From Candidatus Magasanikiibacteriota bacterium (lineage in GTDB: Bacteria; Patescibacteriota; Patescibacteriia; Magasanikbacterales; UBA922), in assembly GCA_003482855.1 (NCBI GenBank), contig DMXO01000002.1, positions 112,114 through 176,113 on the forward strand: 64,000 nucleotides of DNA. The letters are read 5' to 3'. Numbering within the stretch: the stretch's first letter is position 1; each line of letters begins with the position of its first letter. Shown here in pieces: positions 1 to 11,500 of this stretch. Position numbers and translations under genes: made by a program. The notes under the pieces are model-generated. The model was not told the DNA's origin, did no database searches, and saw only the letters and a list, made by a program, of their open reading frames with translations.

Positions 1-1253
<1,253 letters not shown>

Positions 1254-2267
1254 TTATTTAAGTAAACCCTTTATTTCGTCAATCACCTTCTCATCTACCT
1301 CAATCCACCCTCTCTTCAAACATATCTTTTTGTGCCTATATGCACGCTCGCCTGGGATCAAAATTTCTCTCACGCCTTTTCGTTTACGTGAACGCTTTAA
1401 CTGCTTCACTAATTCGCTGTTTTGCCTTTTAAATATTTTGATATCAACAAACTTACTTGGATCAATGGCAATAAATAACGCTCCGCGTAAACCAACTCCC
1501 ACTACACCTGGCGCGTCTTTTTTCAACCATAACTTTTTTGAACCAAATCCAGAACGAACCAACGTGCCAGTAAGCAATTCCACCAACAACCCCATAATAT
1601 ATCCCTTGTAACCACCGAAGGGTAAAGCAGAAAAGACATTATTTGGATCTATTGTAATATTACCTCGTTCATCCAAAAAGCAATCGGGTGATAATGTGCG
1701 CCCCTCTGCCTTGGCCAACCGTATTTCACCCCACGCCCGCTCTGAGACTGCCATATCAGCGACAATAGGGTCTGCTGTGGTTGGGATGGCATACCCAATA
1801 GGATTGGTACTTATAACAGGATCTATGCCACCATAAGGAGCAACTAATGATCCACCACCGTTATGAAATACTAACCCAACCAAATCATGCCGAGTGATAG
1901 ATTCTGCTTGACTACCCGGGCGAAGCAACGCCTGTGCGTTATAAGAGCCAACCATAGCTATCCCAAATTTCTTTGCTTTTTTGATAACTAATTTTCGTGC
2001 GACTTCAGCTACGAGCTGCCCTGCCTGGCGATTTCCATTGATAAGCGCAAAGGCTTGTTTGTCTTTCTCAATTTTTATTTTACGACCTTTCTCCTGTATA
2101 ATTTTCTCCATTCCGTGTTTAAAAGCAAATAGCCCATGAGTTTTCTTCCCCAACAGTTCCCCTTCTATATAATCATCAACAATGATTGAAGCATTCTTTT
2201 TTGCAATACCATGTACAGTTAAAACTTTTTTACACAATATTCTTATCTCGTCAATTTTTATTTTCAT
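1254..2267 (-). CDS. Ldh_2 family (malate/L-lactate/ureidoglycolate dehydrogenase-like) oxidoreductase
   Basis: 337 aa ORF; motifs typical of Ldh_2 family (HG...G; DMAVSERAWGEIRLAKAEG; GGYKGYIMGLLVELLTG). Confidence 0.65.
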   Translation of the reverse strand: MKIKIDEIRILCKKVLTVHGIAKKNASIIVDDYIEGELLGKKTHGLFAFKHGMEKIIQEKGRKIKIEKDKQAFALINGNRQAGQLVAEVARKLVIKKAKKFGIAMVGSYNAQALLRPGSQAESITRHDLVGLVFHNGGGSLVAPYGGIDPVISTNPIGYAIPTTADPIVADMAVSERAWGEIRLAKAEGRTLSPDCFLDERGNITIDPNNVFSALPFGGYKGYIMGLLVELLTGTLVRSGFGSKKLWLKKDAPGVVGVGLRGALFIAIDPSKFVDIKIFKRQNSELVKQLKRSRKRKGVREILIPGERAYRHKKICLKRGWIEVDEKVIDEIKGLLK

Positions 2268-2284
2268 AAACTCAAATTAGACAA

Positions 2285-3061
2285 TCAAAAACTCAAAAAA
2301 CTCAGATACCAGCTAAGTATTCGTTCACCCCACACCATTACTACAAACGTCGCGCTCGTCAAAAAAACCCCGAATGGCACCTGACTTTTCATTGTTTTCT
2401 TTTTTGAAACAAGTAAACCAACACTTATAATTGCCCCAACCACATATGCAATCCACAATGCCAAAAGCAACAATTTCCAACCCAAAATAACACCCATAAG
2501 TATACCAATCCTGATATCTCCTCCCCCCACCCAACGTCCTTTTGATAATATATATTGCAGAAGAAAAAAAAGACCACCCAAACAGGCACCGATAAGTAAG
2601 GGGAACCATTCACCCCCCCAAACAACATATCCCCCGATAAAAAATAAAATAACTGCTGACCCAAGTGTGATACTATCTACCACCTCCATATATATGAGAT
2701 CATATACAAAAATAAACGAAAGTACCCACATAACAAACCAATGCAATACTACTATAGGAAAGACCATCCCTACTACACTCCACTCAAACCATACAACAAA
2801 CACAAATACTATTCCCATCCATAACTCTACCAACGGATACTGCCATGATATTTTTTCTTTGCACATTCGACAACGGCTACGTAATAATAAAAAACTAAAC
2901 AATGGTATATTGTCATACCATGCAATCTGCTTTAAACAATGAGGACACTTAGACCGTTCTGTGATCTTATTGTGTGTATGGAGACGCCAAACAATAGCAT
3001 TCAAAAAACTGCCAAAAGACACTCCGAGTAATGCTACAATAAAATACAAAAATAACATCAT
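2285..3061 (-). CDS. pilD: prepilin peptidase (type IV leader peptidase/N-methyltransferase, A24 family)
   Basis: N-terminal CPHC...CRMC zinc-binding tetracysteine, multi-pass membrane protein, adjacent to pilin gene. Confidence 0.85.
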   Translation of the reverse strand: MMLFLYFIVALLGVSFGSFLNAIVWRLHTHNKITERSKCPHCLKQIAWYDNIPLFSFLLLRSRCRMCKEKISWQYPLVELWMGIVFVFVVWFEWSVVGMVFPIVVLHWFVMWVLSFIFVYDLIYMEVVDSITLGSAVILFFIGGYVVWGGEWFPLLIGACLGGLFFLLQYILSKGRWVGGGDIRIGILMGVILGWKLLLLALWIAYVVGAIISVGLLVSKKKTMKSQVPFGVFLTSATFVVMVWGERILSWYLSFLSF

Positions 3062-3080
3062 ATAGGCTTATTATAGCAAA

Positions 3081-3118
3081 AAAACAAAATAAAAAAAAGC
3101 CCCTTTTACGAGGCTTTT
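3081..3118 (-). terminator. putative rho-independent terminator downstream of pilin gene
   Basis: hairpin aaagcc..ggcttt followed by U-run on minus strand, between pilin stop (3136) and pilD start (3061). Confidence 0.4.
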
Positions 3119-3135
3119 TATTCATCAACCTAGAA

Positions 3136-3573
3136 CTATTGTGTAAGACCTGATGGGGTGGCACTCACTGTACCTGCTACGAAATTACCAGCGCCAACTT
3201 CGAGCACTGCGGTAATGACATAATCAGTACCAGCGCTAGAATTGTATGTGTAATATTCAGCTGAACCAGGACCTGCTGGGACAAGACCCATATATGGACT
3301 TGCACAACCAGAAGCTCCAAAACCACTAGAACCAAGACAAGTATAGTTACCTGTTCCAAGATTTACTTGGGCAGTAGTGGTAGGATATGAATTATTATCT
3401 GTATAGTACAATTCAAGTGCAGTCTGTACTTGTTTGACGTCAGCAAGACGCTTTGAGTCATTTGCTTTCTTACGTGCTGAACCTAGAGCAACTACAGCAA
3501 GTGTAGATAGCAAACCAATAATAGCGATAACAACCAAAAGTTCAATCAATGTAAAACCTTTCTTATTATTCAT
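3136..3573 (-). CDS. type IV pilin (prepilin with class III signal peptide)
   Basis: MNNKKGFTLIELLVVIAIIGLLSTLAVVAL: classic G/FTLIELL prepilin cleavage/N-methylation motif; strong SD GGAAGGGGGTGA 5 nt upstream of ATG at 3573 (ORF track start at 3582 is a GTG three codons upstream). Confidence 0.85.
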   Translation of the reverse strand: MNNKKGFTLIELLVVIAIIGLLSTLAVVALGSARKKANDSKRLADVKQVQTALELYYTDNNSYPTTTAQVNLGTGNYTCLGSSGFGASGCASPYMGLVPAGPGSAEYYTYNSSAGTDYVITAVLEVGAGNFVAGTVSATPSGLTQ

Positions 3574-3618
3574 GTGTATCACCCCCTTCCGATGCGAGAT
3601 GTATAGTTCCCATAATTT

Positions 3619-4002
3619 TTATAGGCCTAATACTTTTTTAACTTTTTCTACTGTTTCAGATGGTTTGAAATGTGCTTTGATAAGGTAGTCAACAGCACCC
3701 ATTTCAAGACCCTTTTCTACATCGTCTTTTTGACCCAAGTTGGTCAATAAGATAACGGGGATATCTTTTGTTGTTTCGTCCTTTTTGAGATTCTCCAAAA
3801 CAGCAAAACCATCCATTTTGGGCAACAAGATGTCAAGCAAGACAATATCCGGCTTTCTCTTTTTTACCGCCTCAAGGCCTGCTTCGCCATCTCCAGCTAC
3901 CGAGATATTAAATTTCTCCATCTCAAATTTGGTCTTGTAGATATTTGCCAAAAATGTATCATCCTCCACGAGAAGTATATGTATATCTTTCTTATCTGCC
4001 AT
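3619..4002 (-). CDS. single-domain response regulator (CheY-like receiver)
   Basis: MADKKDIHILLVEDD...DIVLLDILLPKMDGFAV...VILLTNLGQKDD...KAHF: receiver-domain acid pocket, phosphoacceptor Asp and conserved Lys; start taken at internal ATG (MADKK) rather than the upstream alternative start of the ORF track. Confidence 0.75.
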   Translation of the reverse strand: MADKKDIHILLVEDDTFLANIYKTKFEMEKFNISVAGDGEAGLEAVKKRKPDIVLLDILLPKMDGFAVLENLKKDETTKDIPVILLTNLGQKDDVEKGLEMGAVDYLIKAHFKPSETVEKVKKVLGL

Positions 4003-4078
4003 ACAAAAAATATTAAGATATATATAGTATATCAAAGAATAGATAAAAACCCTATATTTCGTTGTGGATAGAAAAATC

Positions 4079-5224
4079 TCAGAAATTTCGAAGTCCCAAA
4101 CCAATACTCACCGCCATACGGGGCCCTATTTCGCCCAATATACTCTTCAAACCATCCTGATATATGACACGAGCCCATGGATCACCCACAAACACTCTCA
4201 AAGGAAACATCTGTTGTATATACTCACTAATTGGAGGAAAAAGCCCTGCACCACCAGTTAGAATAATTTTTTCCGGACGTTTCGCCTCATTGCCACTCTG
4301 GTGCAAGTATAAATCAAGACTATATTGAATTTCTTTTGAGATAGGATCAAGGATACTCAAAAATAGGTCTGTGGTCATGCGTGACTGTAAAGATAGGTCT
4401 CTCTTTATCTGATCAACCTGCCCGATATCTACTCCGAGATGCTGGCTCAAAATTTTATCAAAATTATTACCCCCAATTTGGAGACTCCGGTGAGTCATCG
4501 GGACGCCGGCATCAATAATGAAAAAATTAGTACGTTCTGCACCCACATCGACCACCATAGACACTGTTGTATCTTTACCTACAAGGGAGCGGGCAAGGGC
4601 AAAAGCTTCAGTTTCGAGCTCCTCGAGTTGCAGGCCCGCGCGCTGAAATATGGCTGTATAAAAAGCCACAAGCGCTTTGGGGGCTGCTGTCACAAGAAGT
4701 GTCATATACTTCTTCTCTCGTTCTGGATCTTTGGTAATTTTTTGATGCACTATTTGCATGTCATCTATGGGACTGGTGATCATCTTGGCGACTTCTGCCC
4801 TCACAATCTGGGGTATTTCCTTATCACTTACATGAGGCAAATTGAGAATAGCATGAAATACGTACGATACTGGCAAACTTGAAGTAACACGGTGAGATTG
4901 TACCCGTGCTTTTTGAATCAACAATTTTAAAAGCTCTGCATATTCATTGATACGTGCATCTTTGAGGATAAGTTCTTGGGCAGAAGTTGGTTCTTTCTTG
5001 TCTTGCTTCTTTTTTTCATTTTCATACTGTATATCACGCTCGTGCAAGAGATCTTGTAGATCTTTCTCTGGAGGAGTCTGGACATGTACATCAAGTTCTT
5101 TATCAAGGATACCATATGTCCACAGTTGAGGTCTGCCTTTTGTCTTGTGTAATTCAACAAGCTTGATACCATGTGCACCAATATCTATGCCAAGATAATT
5201 TTCTTTTTTTGAGAATAAACCCAT
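4079..5224 (-). CDS. pilM: type IV pilus assembly ATPase-like protein PilM (actin-like fold)
   Basis: N-terminal GIDIGAHGIKLVEL motif typical of PilM/FtsA-like; 381 aa. Confidence 0.75.
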   Translation of the reverse strand: MGLFSKKENYLGIDIGAHGIKLVELHKTKGRPQLWTYGILDKELDVHVQTPPEKDLQDLLHERDIQYENEKKKQDKKEPTSAQELILKDARINEYAELLKLLIQKARVQSHRVTSSLPVSYVFHAILNLPHVSDKEIPQIVRAEVAKMITSPIDDMQIVHQKITKDPEREKKYMTLLVTAAPKALVAFYTAIFQRAGLQLEELETEAFALARSLVGKDTTVSMVVDVGAERTNFFIIDAGVPMTHRSLQIGGNNFDKILSQHLGVDIGQVDQIKRDLSLQSRMTTDLFLSILDPISKEIQYSLDLYLHQSGNEAKRPEKIILTGGAGLFPPISEYIQQMFPLRVFVGDPWARVIYQDGLKSILGEIGPRMAVSIGLGLRNF

Positions 5225-5290
5225 AAACGAAATTTATAAAATTGACTATAGTATACCATATTTCGAATTTTGACACTATAACAGGTTAAT

Positions 5291-5400
5291 AAATTCACCT
5301 AATTACCTAATTCACCTAATTTCTAACAAAGTTCCTAATATCTAAATTGAATCTTTTAATTTTTATTAGGTGAATTAGAAATTAGAAAATTAGGTGAATT
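5291..5400. repeat. nested inverted repeats / iteron-like cacctaatt motifs between MBL gene 3' end and pilM start
   Basis: aattcacctaatt (5292-5304) pairs with aattaggtgaatt (5388-5400); inner aattcacctaat (5309-5320) pairs with attaggtgaatt (5366-5377); cacctaatt occurs 3x direct, aattaggtg 2x inverted; overlaps the last codons and stop of the MBL gene. Confidence 0.5.
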
Positions 5401-6312
5401 CTCTGATATTTCGATACCATTTATTCCAATTCCAAATTCTATATCTCCCTGCTGATCCGTTCTCCACACCGTACTCGACGCTCGTTCAAGCCGTTTCAAA
5501 ACACGACGAGAAGGATGGCCAAATTTATTACTTACTCCCGCCGAAGCAATCGCATGTAAAGGCGTAACTACGTTGATAAATTCCTGTATTGATGAACTGT
5601 CACTGCCATGATGACCAAGTTTGAGTATATCTGAATCAAGCTGATCTCCATATATTGAAAGCAAATATTTTTCCAAAGGCTCTTCGGCATCACCCATCAT
5701 CAGTACTGAGTACCCTCCATAGGATAGCTCAAAAATAATAGACGTATTATTATTGTTGGATTCCTTATTCAAACCTGGAATTTTCGAATCACCAGACAAA
5801 GAATGATCCGGATACAAAAAATGCAATGAAGAACTTCCAATATTCCAAACATCCTCTTTGTTTATTTCAATATGATCGCCACTTTCTAAATCTTTTGCAC
5901 TCAAAAAAGCATCCCACTGCGAATCGTTATTCTTCTCGAATCCAGTATGTACAATATGCCGCACATCAAACCTATTGAGTACATCTTCACAACCTCCAAA
6001 ATGATCTGAATCCGGGTGTGTGACAACCATATAGTCAATATCGTGGTCATAATACGACATGACACGCCCGAGTGCTTCCAAAACCCTCGCATCTTCCGAA
6101 CAATCCACAAGCATTTGTTGACCATTATCAAATTCAATAAACGTGGCGTCTCCTTGACCAATATCCAAAAAAGTCATTTTAATTCCTTCAAATTGTTCTA
6201 CCTTTTCTCCAGCCACGTCTTGTGTGACTTCATTTTTATCACGCTTCACAAACCAAAGCATGGCACATACTATGACGAGAAGAATACCTATTGTGATAAG
6301 CAGTTTTTTCAT
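5356..6312 (-). CDS. membrane-anchored metallo-beta-lactamase fold protein, ComEC C-terminal (DNA internalisation nuclease) domain-like
   Basis: N-terminal TM helix then FLDIGQGDA...VVTHPDSDHFGG...LKLGHHGS: MBL HxHxDH-type motifs in the arrangement seen in ComEC/Rec2 C-terminal domains. Confidence 0.75.
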   Translation of the reverse strand: MKKLLITIGILLVIVCAMLWFVKRDKNEVTQDVAGEKVEQFEGIKMTFLDIGQGDATFIEFDNGQQMLVDCSEDARVLEALGRVMSYYDHDIDYMVVTHPDSDHFGGCEDVLNRFDVRHIVHTGFEKNNDSQWDAFLSAKDLESGDHIEINKEDVWNIGSSSLHFLYPDHSLSGDSKIPGLNKESNNNNTSIIFELSYGGYSVLMMGDAEEPLEKYLLSIYGDQLDSDILKLGHHGSDSSSIQEFINVVTPLHAIASAGVSNKFGHPSRRVLKRLERASSTVWRTDQQGDIEFGIGINGIEISENSPNFLISNSPNKN

Positions 6313-6379
6313 AGCGCGAGTAGAAAGTAAAAAGTATAAAGTTGAAAATTATATATAATCAATTATTTCTTTCTACTTG

Positions 6380-6985
6380 TTACTTTATACACTTAATAAT
6401 CTGATTCACCCACACCTCACCCTCTTTTACAAACTGCTCTTCCTCAACACTAAACGCCAATTCTTCGAGCAACTCTCTAATTTTTTCAGGTCTGTGATAA
6501 TATGAATCAATAATGATTTTTCCTTTCTCCGTTTCAACCTCAGGCGGGCGCTTTTGGTTTATATTCGTAACTACAAAAAAACTGCCGGGTTTGAGCACAC
6601 GGTATACTTCATCAAAAAATCTTTTGGGATCTTTCAAATGTACAATTAGAAATGTGGCGATAACTCCATCAAATGCCTCATCGGAAAACGGCAAATTTTC
6701 CGCATCTCCAACCTCGACTTTTACCTTTCTACTTTTTACTTTCAACTTATTCAACATCTCTTCCGAAATATCCAACGCGACAACATCTGATCCTCTTTTG
6801 GCAAGTTCAACTGAAACCCGCCCTGTCCCTGCACCAACATCAAGAATTTTCTTTCCTAAAACGTCTCCAACCAAATTCCACAAAACATCTTTTTCAAAAC
6901 TATCTAGATAGGATTTCTTTTTGTCGTAATTTTTTGCAGCGAGATTGTAGCCTTCTTGTGAATCGAGTATTTTTATTTTTTTCAT
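6380..6985 (-). CDS. class I SAM-dependent methyltransferase
   Basis: ILDVGAGTGRVSVELAKRGSDVVALDISEEML (motif I GxGxG) and VLKPGSFFVV; 201 aa. Confidence 0.85.
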   Translation of the reverse strand: MKKIKILDSQEGYNLAAKNYDKKKSYLDSFEKDVLWNLVGDVLGKKILDVGAGTGRVSVELAKRGSDVVALDISEEMLNKLKVKSRKVKVEVGDAENLPFSDEAFDGVIATFLIVHLKDPKRFFDEVYRVLKPGSFFVVTNINQKRPPEVETEKGKIIIDSYYHRPEKIRELLEELAFSVEEEQFVKEGEVWVNQIIKCIK

Positions 6986-6988
6986 ACT

Positions 6989-8509
6989 TCAAACTTTATA
7001 CTTTCTACTTTTAACTACCACAAAGTATATCATAATTCCATACAGAATCACCATTACCCACCATGGGAAACTGATATCAAGCGAAGAAAAATGTAAACCA
7101 GCAAACCATTTCACTGTTTGGACGATATATTCCATTCCCACCCAGGATATCCATGATAATACGAGAGCCAGTGGCTTGAATATGAAACTAATAAGAACAG
7201 TAAAAAAACCAAAAGCCATAATGATAGGGATCGTCCAAAGAATAAGCACATTTACAATTGGCGCAACAATAGATAGCCGTCCAAATTGAAACAAAATTAA
7301 TGGTAATGTGGCAATAATAGCGGCGAGTGTTGATAACAAAGATTCTCGCAATCCCAAAAATTCTGGAATTTTATCAAATGGCTTACGAATGGCTGGGGTA
7401 AGATACACAAGGCCAAGTGTAGAAATAAATGATAATTGGAATCCAGCGTCATATATCAAAATATAAGGATTTTGCAATGTCATGACTGTTGCTGTGAGTA
7501 CAAGAACATTTCCAATACGCGAAGTTCTGCCAACCTGTTTTGCGAGCAATGTTATAATACCCATTATCCCCGCTCGTACAACTGATGCGCTTGCTCCAGC
7601 AAAAATGACAAATAACACAATTCCACCGACAATAATCCAGAATGCTTTTTTGCGTGGAATATATAAATACACGCACATGGTAATCAAAATCGTCGCAATA
7701 ATCGTAATATTATACCCAGAAATTGCCACAATATGTGTAACACCTGTTTTTGAAAATAAATCTTGTAACTCACCAAGTCCACCACGATAGCCGTATAATA
7801 ATCCTGCCATAAAACTCGCATATGGTTCATGCCACAACTCATTTATTCTTTGTGCAATTACTTGTTTCAACGTAAATATACCACGCAATACACCATTCCC
7901 CTCACCTGATCCCATCTTTTTGATTTCAGAATTTTGACATAGCGTAAATACACCGTATCTCGCTAAATATTTATCATAGGCAAAATCATTTATTTGTTCT
8001 GGCTTCTCAAGATTGCATTTAATTTCTAATCTGTCACCGTATTCATATCGCGGATATAACGTGGATTTCAAATATATATATCCTTCTATGACATAATTTT
8101 GTACGGGTGGCTCTAGAGCCACCCCTTCACCAGCAATCATTTCTTCAATGCCCACAATATATCGCACGCCGTCCATCCTCACATCCGGCTCTACACTTAC
8201 ATACCCAACAACCGTCTTCTTTACCCCAACATAATGCACAATATTTTGCTCTGTATCTTGCGGAATTGAAATGCTATATCTCCATATTCCAAATGTTGCA
8301 AAAAATATACAGAATAATATAAAGCGGAATAATTTATTTTTCCAATAGATTATGATGAAAAAAATAGAAACGGATAGAGATACAAAGAGATAGAGTACAT
8401 CTATTTTAAAATCAAAAATTGAAACAATTCCAACGCCCAATAAAAAACAAAAGCAAAACGAAAAAAACGTCTTGCTTTTTGATTGTATAATCTGTTGTAT
8501 CCCCTCCAT
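6989..8509 (-). CDS. comEC: ComEC/Rec2 competence-domain membrane protein (lacks MBL domain)
   Basis: multi-pass membrane protein with competence-domain signature ...VTHIVAISGYNITII...; ORF track start (8527) is a TTG overlapping leuS stop; first ATG at 8509 (MEGIQQ) 2 nt after AAGGG-like SD region; either start is possible. Confidence 0.75.
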   Translation of the reverse strand: MEGIQQIIQSKSKTFFSFCFCFLLGVGIVSIFDFKIDVLYLFVSLSVSIFFIIIYWKNKLFRFILFCIFFATFGIWRYSISIPQDTEQNIVHYVGVKKTVVGYVSVEPDVRMDGVRYIVGIEEMIAGEGVALEPPVQNYVIEGYIYLKSTLYPRYEYGDRLEIKCNLEKPEQINDFAYDKYLARYGVFTLCQNSEIKKMGSGEGNGVLRGIFTLKQVIAQRINELWHEPYASFMAGLLYGYRGGLGELQDLFSKTGVTHIVAISGYNITIIATILITMCVYLYIPRKKAFWIIVGGIVLFVIFAGASASVVRAGIMGIITLLAKQVGRTSRIGNVLVLTATVMTLQNPYILIYDAGFQLSFISTLGLVYLTPAIRKPFDKIPEFLGLRESLLSTLAAIIATLPLILFQFGRLSIVAPIVNVLILWTIPIIMAFGFFTVLISFIFKPLALVLSWISWVGMEYIVQTVKWFAGLHFSSLDISFPWWVMVILYGIMIYFVVVKSRKYKV

Positions 8510-8519
8510 AGTAAGCCCT

Positions 8520-11500
8520 TTAGACAACTATAGAAATCAGCTTTCCCTTCACATAAATCACTTTTTTCGGTTCTTTCCCTTCCAGCCATTTGATCACTTT
8601 TCCACTTCTTAATGCTTCTACCTTTGCATCTTCTTCTGAAATATCTGTTGAAACAGTAATCGTATCGCGCAATTTTCCATTTATCTGTATAGCAAGGGTG
8701 ACAGTATTTTCTTTAGTTAATTCTGGATCGTATACTGGCCAAGGCTGAGTGGTCACAGTATCTTTATTCCCTAGTCTATACCACAATTCTTCAGACATAT
8801 GAGGTGCAAAAGGTGAAAGAAGTTTAATGAGTACAGTATACCCAACTTTTGAAATTTTTTCTTCTTTTAGGAGTACATTCGTGAACTGCATAAGCGCTGC
8901 AATGGCAGTATTAAATTTCAATGCTGCAACATCTTCGCCAACTTTTTTAATTGTTTGGTGCACAAGCGTTGTTAAACTATTACTCTTTGCTTCTGCCTCT
9001 ATTACTTTTTCTTGTAGATTCCAAACTTTATCAAGAAAACGCCTAATTCCTCTTACTCCATTCGTATCCCACGGCTTATCTTCCTCCAACGGCCCCATAA
9101 ACATTTCATACATCCTCATCGTATCCGCACCAAATTCATTGACCACATCTGTTGGATTTATCACATTCCCCCATCTCTTGCTCATCTTTCTATTGTCTGG
9201 TCCAAGAATCAATCCCTGGTGTCTATGAACTTTGAATGGTTCGTCTCCGACCAAGTCGGATCCGCCTTGGGCGGAAAAATCAATATAACCAGCATCGTAT
9301 AATACTTTGGTAAAAAATCGTGAATACAACAAATGCCCGTTCACATGTTCTGGCCCGCCAAGATAAAAATCAACGGGCATCCATTTTTTCAACGCTTCGG
9401 GCGATGCAAACTGCTGATCATTTTTGGGATCAAGATAGCGATAATAATACCAAGATGAACACATAAATGTATCAAGCGTATCTGGTTCGCGATGCCATCC
9501 CTTACCATATCTCTTTTCAACACCTTTTTGAAAATCTTCTGAATACGTCAATGGCGATTGACCTGTTGGTTTGAAGTCTACATCGTCTGGGAGAAGAACA
9601 GGAAGATCAGATTCAGAGACTGGCTTGAGACCAGTGACAATAGATTCCTCTAAAACAGAAGGTTCTATCTTCCCATTAAAATGTCTATCATTTGGTCTTG
9701 CTTTCACCAAACGAGCATCTAACAATTTTTGCATTTCTTCCAAATGTTCTTTTTTAATAGTTTTATAATCACAATCTGCAATCACTACAAATTCATCTGA
9801 TGATGATTTAATTTTTTCAAAATCAAATTCAAATGAATCACTGGCTTCTACGTCTGGACGTTTTTTGTCAGGAAAATCTGGTCGTAATACCGTGTCAACC
9901 AAAATCAATTTTGCAATTTTATTTTTCAATTTCTCCAAAATACGAAATGCAACTGGACCACCCAAACTATGTGCGACTATCACAGTATTTTCATCGATCG
10001 TGGTATTATTCAAAATATATTCGGCCCACTCAACTACATTTGGTTTGTCATTATGTGGCAAGTCTGGTGAAAAGACAGCATGTCCAAGCTGTTCTAACTC
10101 TTTTTTTAACCAAGGACGGAAATCATTATTACCCGTGGCTAAATAACCATGTATAAACACATAATTATATTTTCTATTTTTTCTTTCTTCATTAAACAAC
10201 ATCGGAATCGGTGCACCCCAAAACCGCTGACGAGAAACCGACCAGTCGCGGAGTTTGTATTGTACTTTTCGTTTGCCTATTCCCTTTTCTTCAAGCCATT
10301 GAATCATTTTTTCTTTGGCTTCTTGAGTTGAAAGGCCATCTAAAAAATTAGAATTTATTGCAGTGCCTTCACCTGAAAACAATCTCCCTGTTTTTTCCAA
10401 TGCCCTTCTTATAAATATTTCCTCTGAACCATTGTAAGTTTTCAATTTTTCAATAGCTTCATCTGGAGCCAACCAATTGGCCTCGTAATCTTCATAGCTC
10501 TCAAATGCAGTATCAGTTTTTTTATCACTCAACAATTTAAGCTTCAAGACCCTTTGTAATTTGTTCCATTGAATATTTTTGTCAACCGCATAAAAATTTG
10601 ATTCAATCATTCCTAGATCATCTACAACTTCATAATCCGTATACCCTGCTTCTTCGCGGAGTTCACGCTGTACTGTGTCTTCCACTGTCTCCCCCCGCTC
10701 CATCCCCCCAGATGGTAAACGATAAATATTAAACTTTTTATTAAACAAAACCAAAACCTTATCATCTTTAAAGACAACGGCCGCTGCTGAATCACGGTGT
10801 TTAGCGCTTTTATCAAAACCACCACAATGTTGAACAACTACATCTTTTATTGGTAAATTATATTTCTTCGCAAACTCAAAATCTCTTTCATCATGCGCTG
10901 GTACTGCCATAATTGCGCCAGTTCCATATGTTGCAAGTACATAATCAGCAACAAAAATAGGAATCTCTTCATTTTTCACGGGATTAATTGCTTTTATTCC
11001 TTTTAATTCTACACCTGTTTTTTCTTTCTGCACTTGACGATCAAGTTCAGTCTTTTTTGATGTTGCTTCAATATATTTTTCAACTTCATCCCAATTCTGG
11101 ACTTCGGACTTTAGACTACGGACTACAGCATGTTCAGGTGCTAGAACCATATATGTAGCTCCAAACAAAGTATCAGGTCTTGTAGTAAAAACCGTTATCT
11201 TCTTTTCTTGATTGTGGTCTGAAGTCTGAAGTCTGAAGTCTACTTCCGCTCCTTCCGACTTCCCAATCCAATCCTTCTGCCTTTTCTTCGTCTCTTCTGG
11301 CCAATCAAGTTTATCAATATCATTCAATAATCGTTCGGCATAATCAGTAATTTTGATATACCACTGTTCCATTTCTTTTTGAATAATCAAAGTATCACAT
11401 CGCTCGCAATGTCCTTCTTTTACTTGATCATTTGCAAGAACTGTTTTGCATGAATCACACCAATTCACTGATTGTTTTTTTCTATAGGCTAAACCGCGTT

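Noticed and set aside
11221-11241. Tandem ctgaagt x3 heptamer inside leuS
   Set aside because: It is in-frame coding sequence (…FRLQTSDH…). It is too short for a repeat element and there are no flanking copies.
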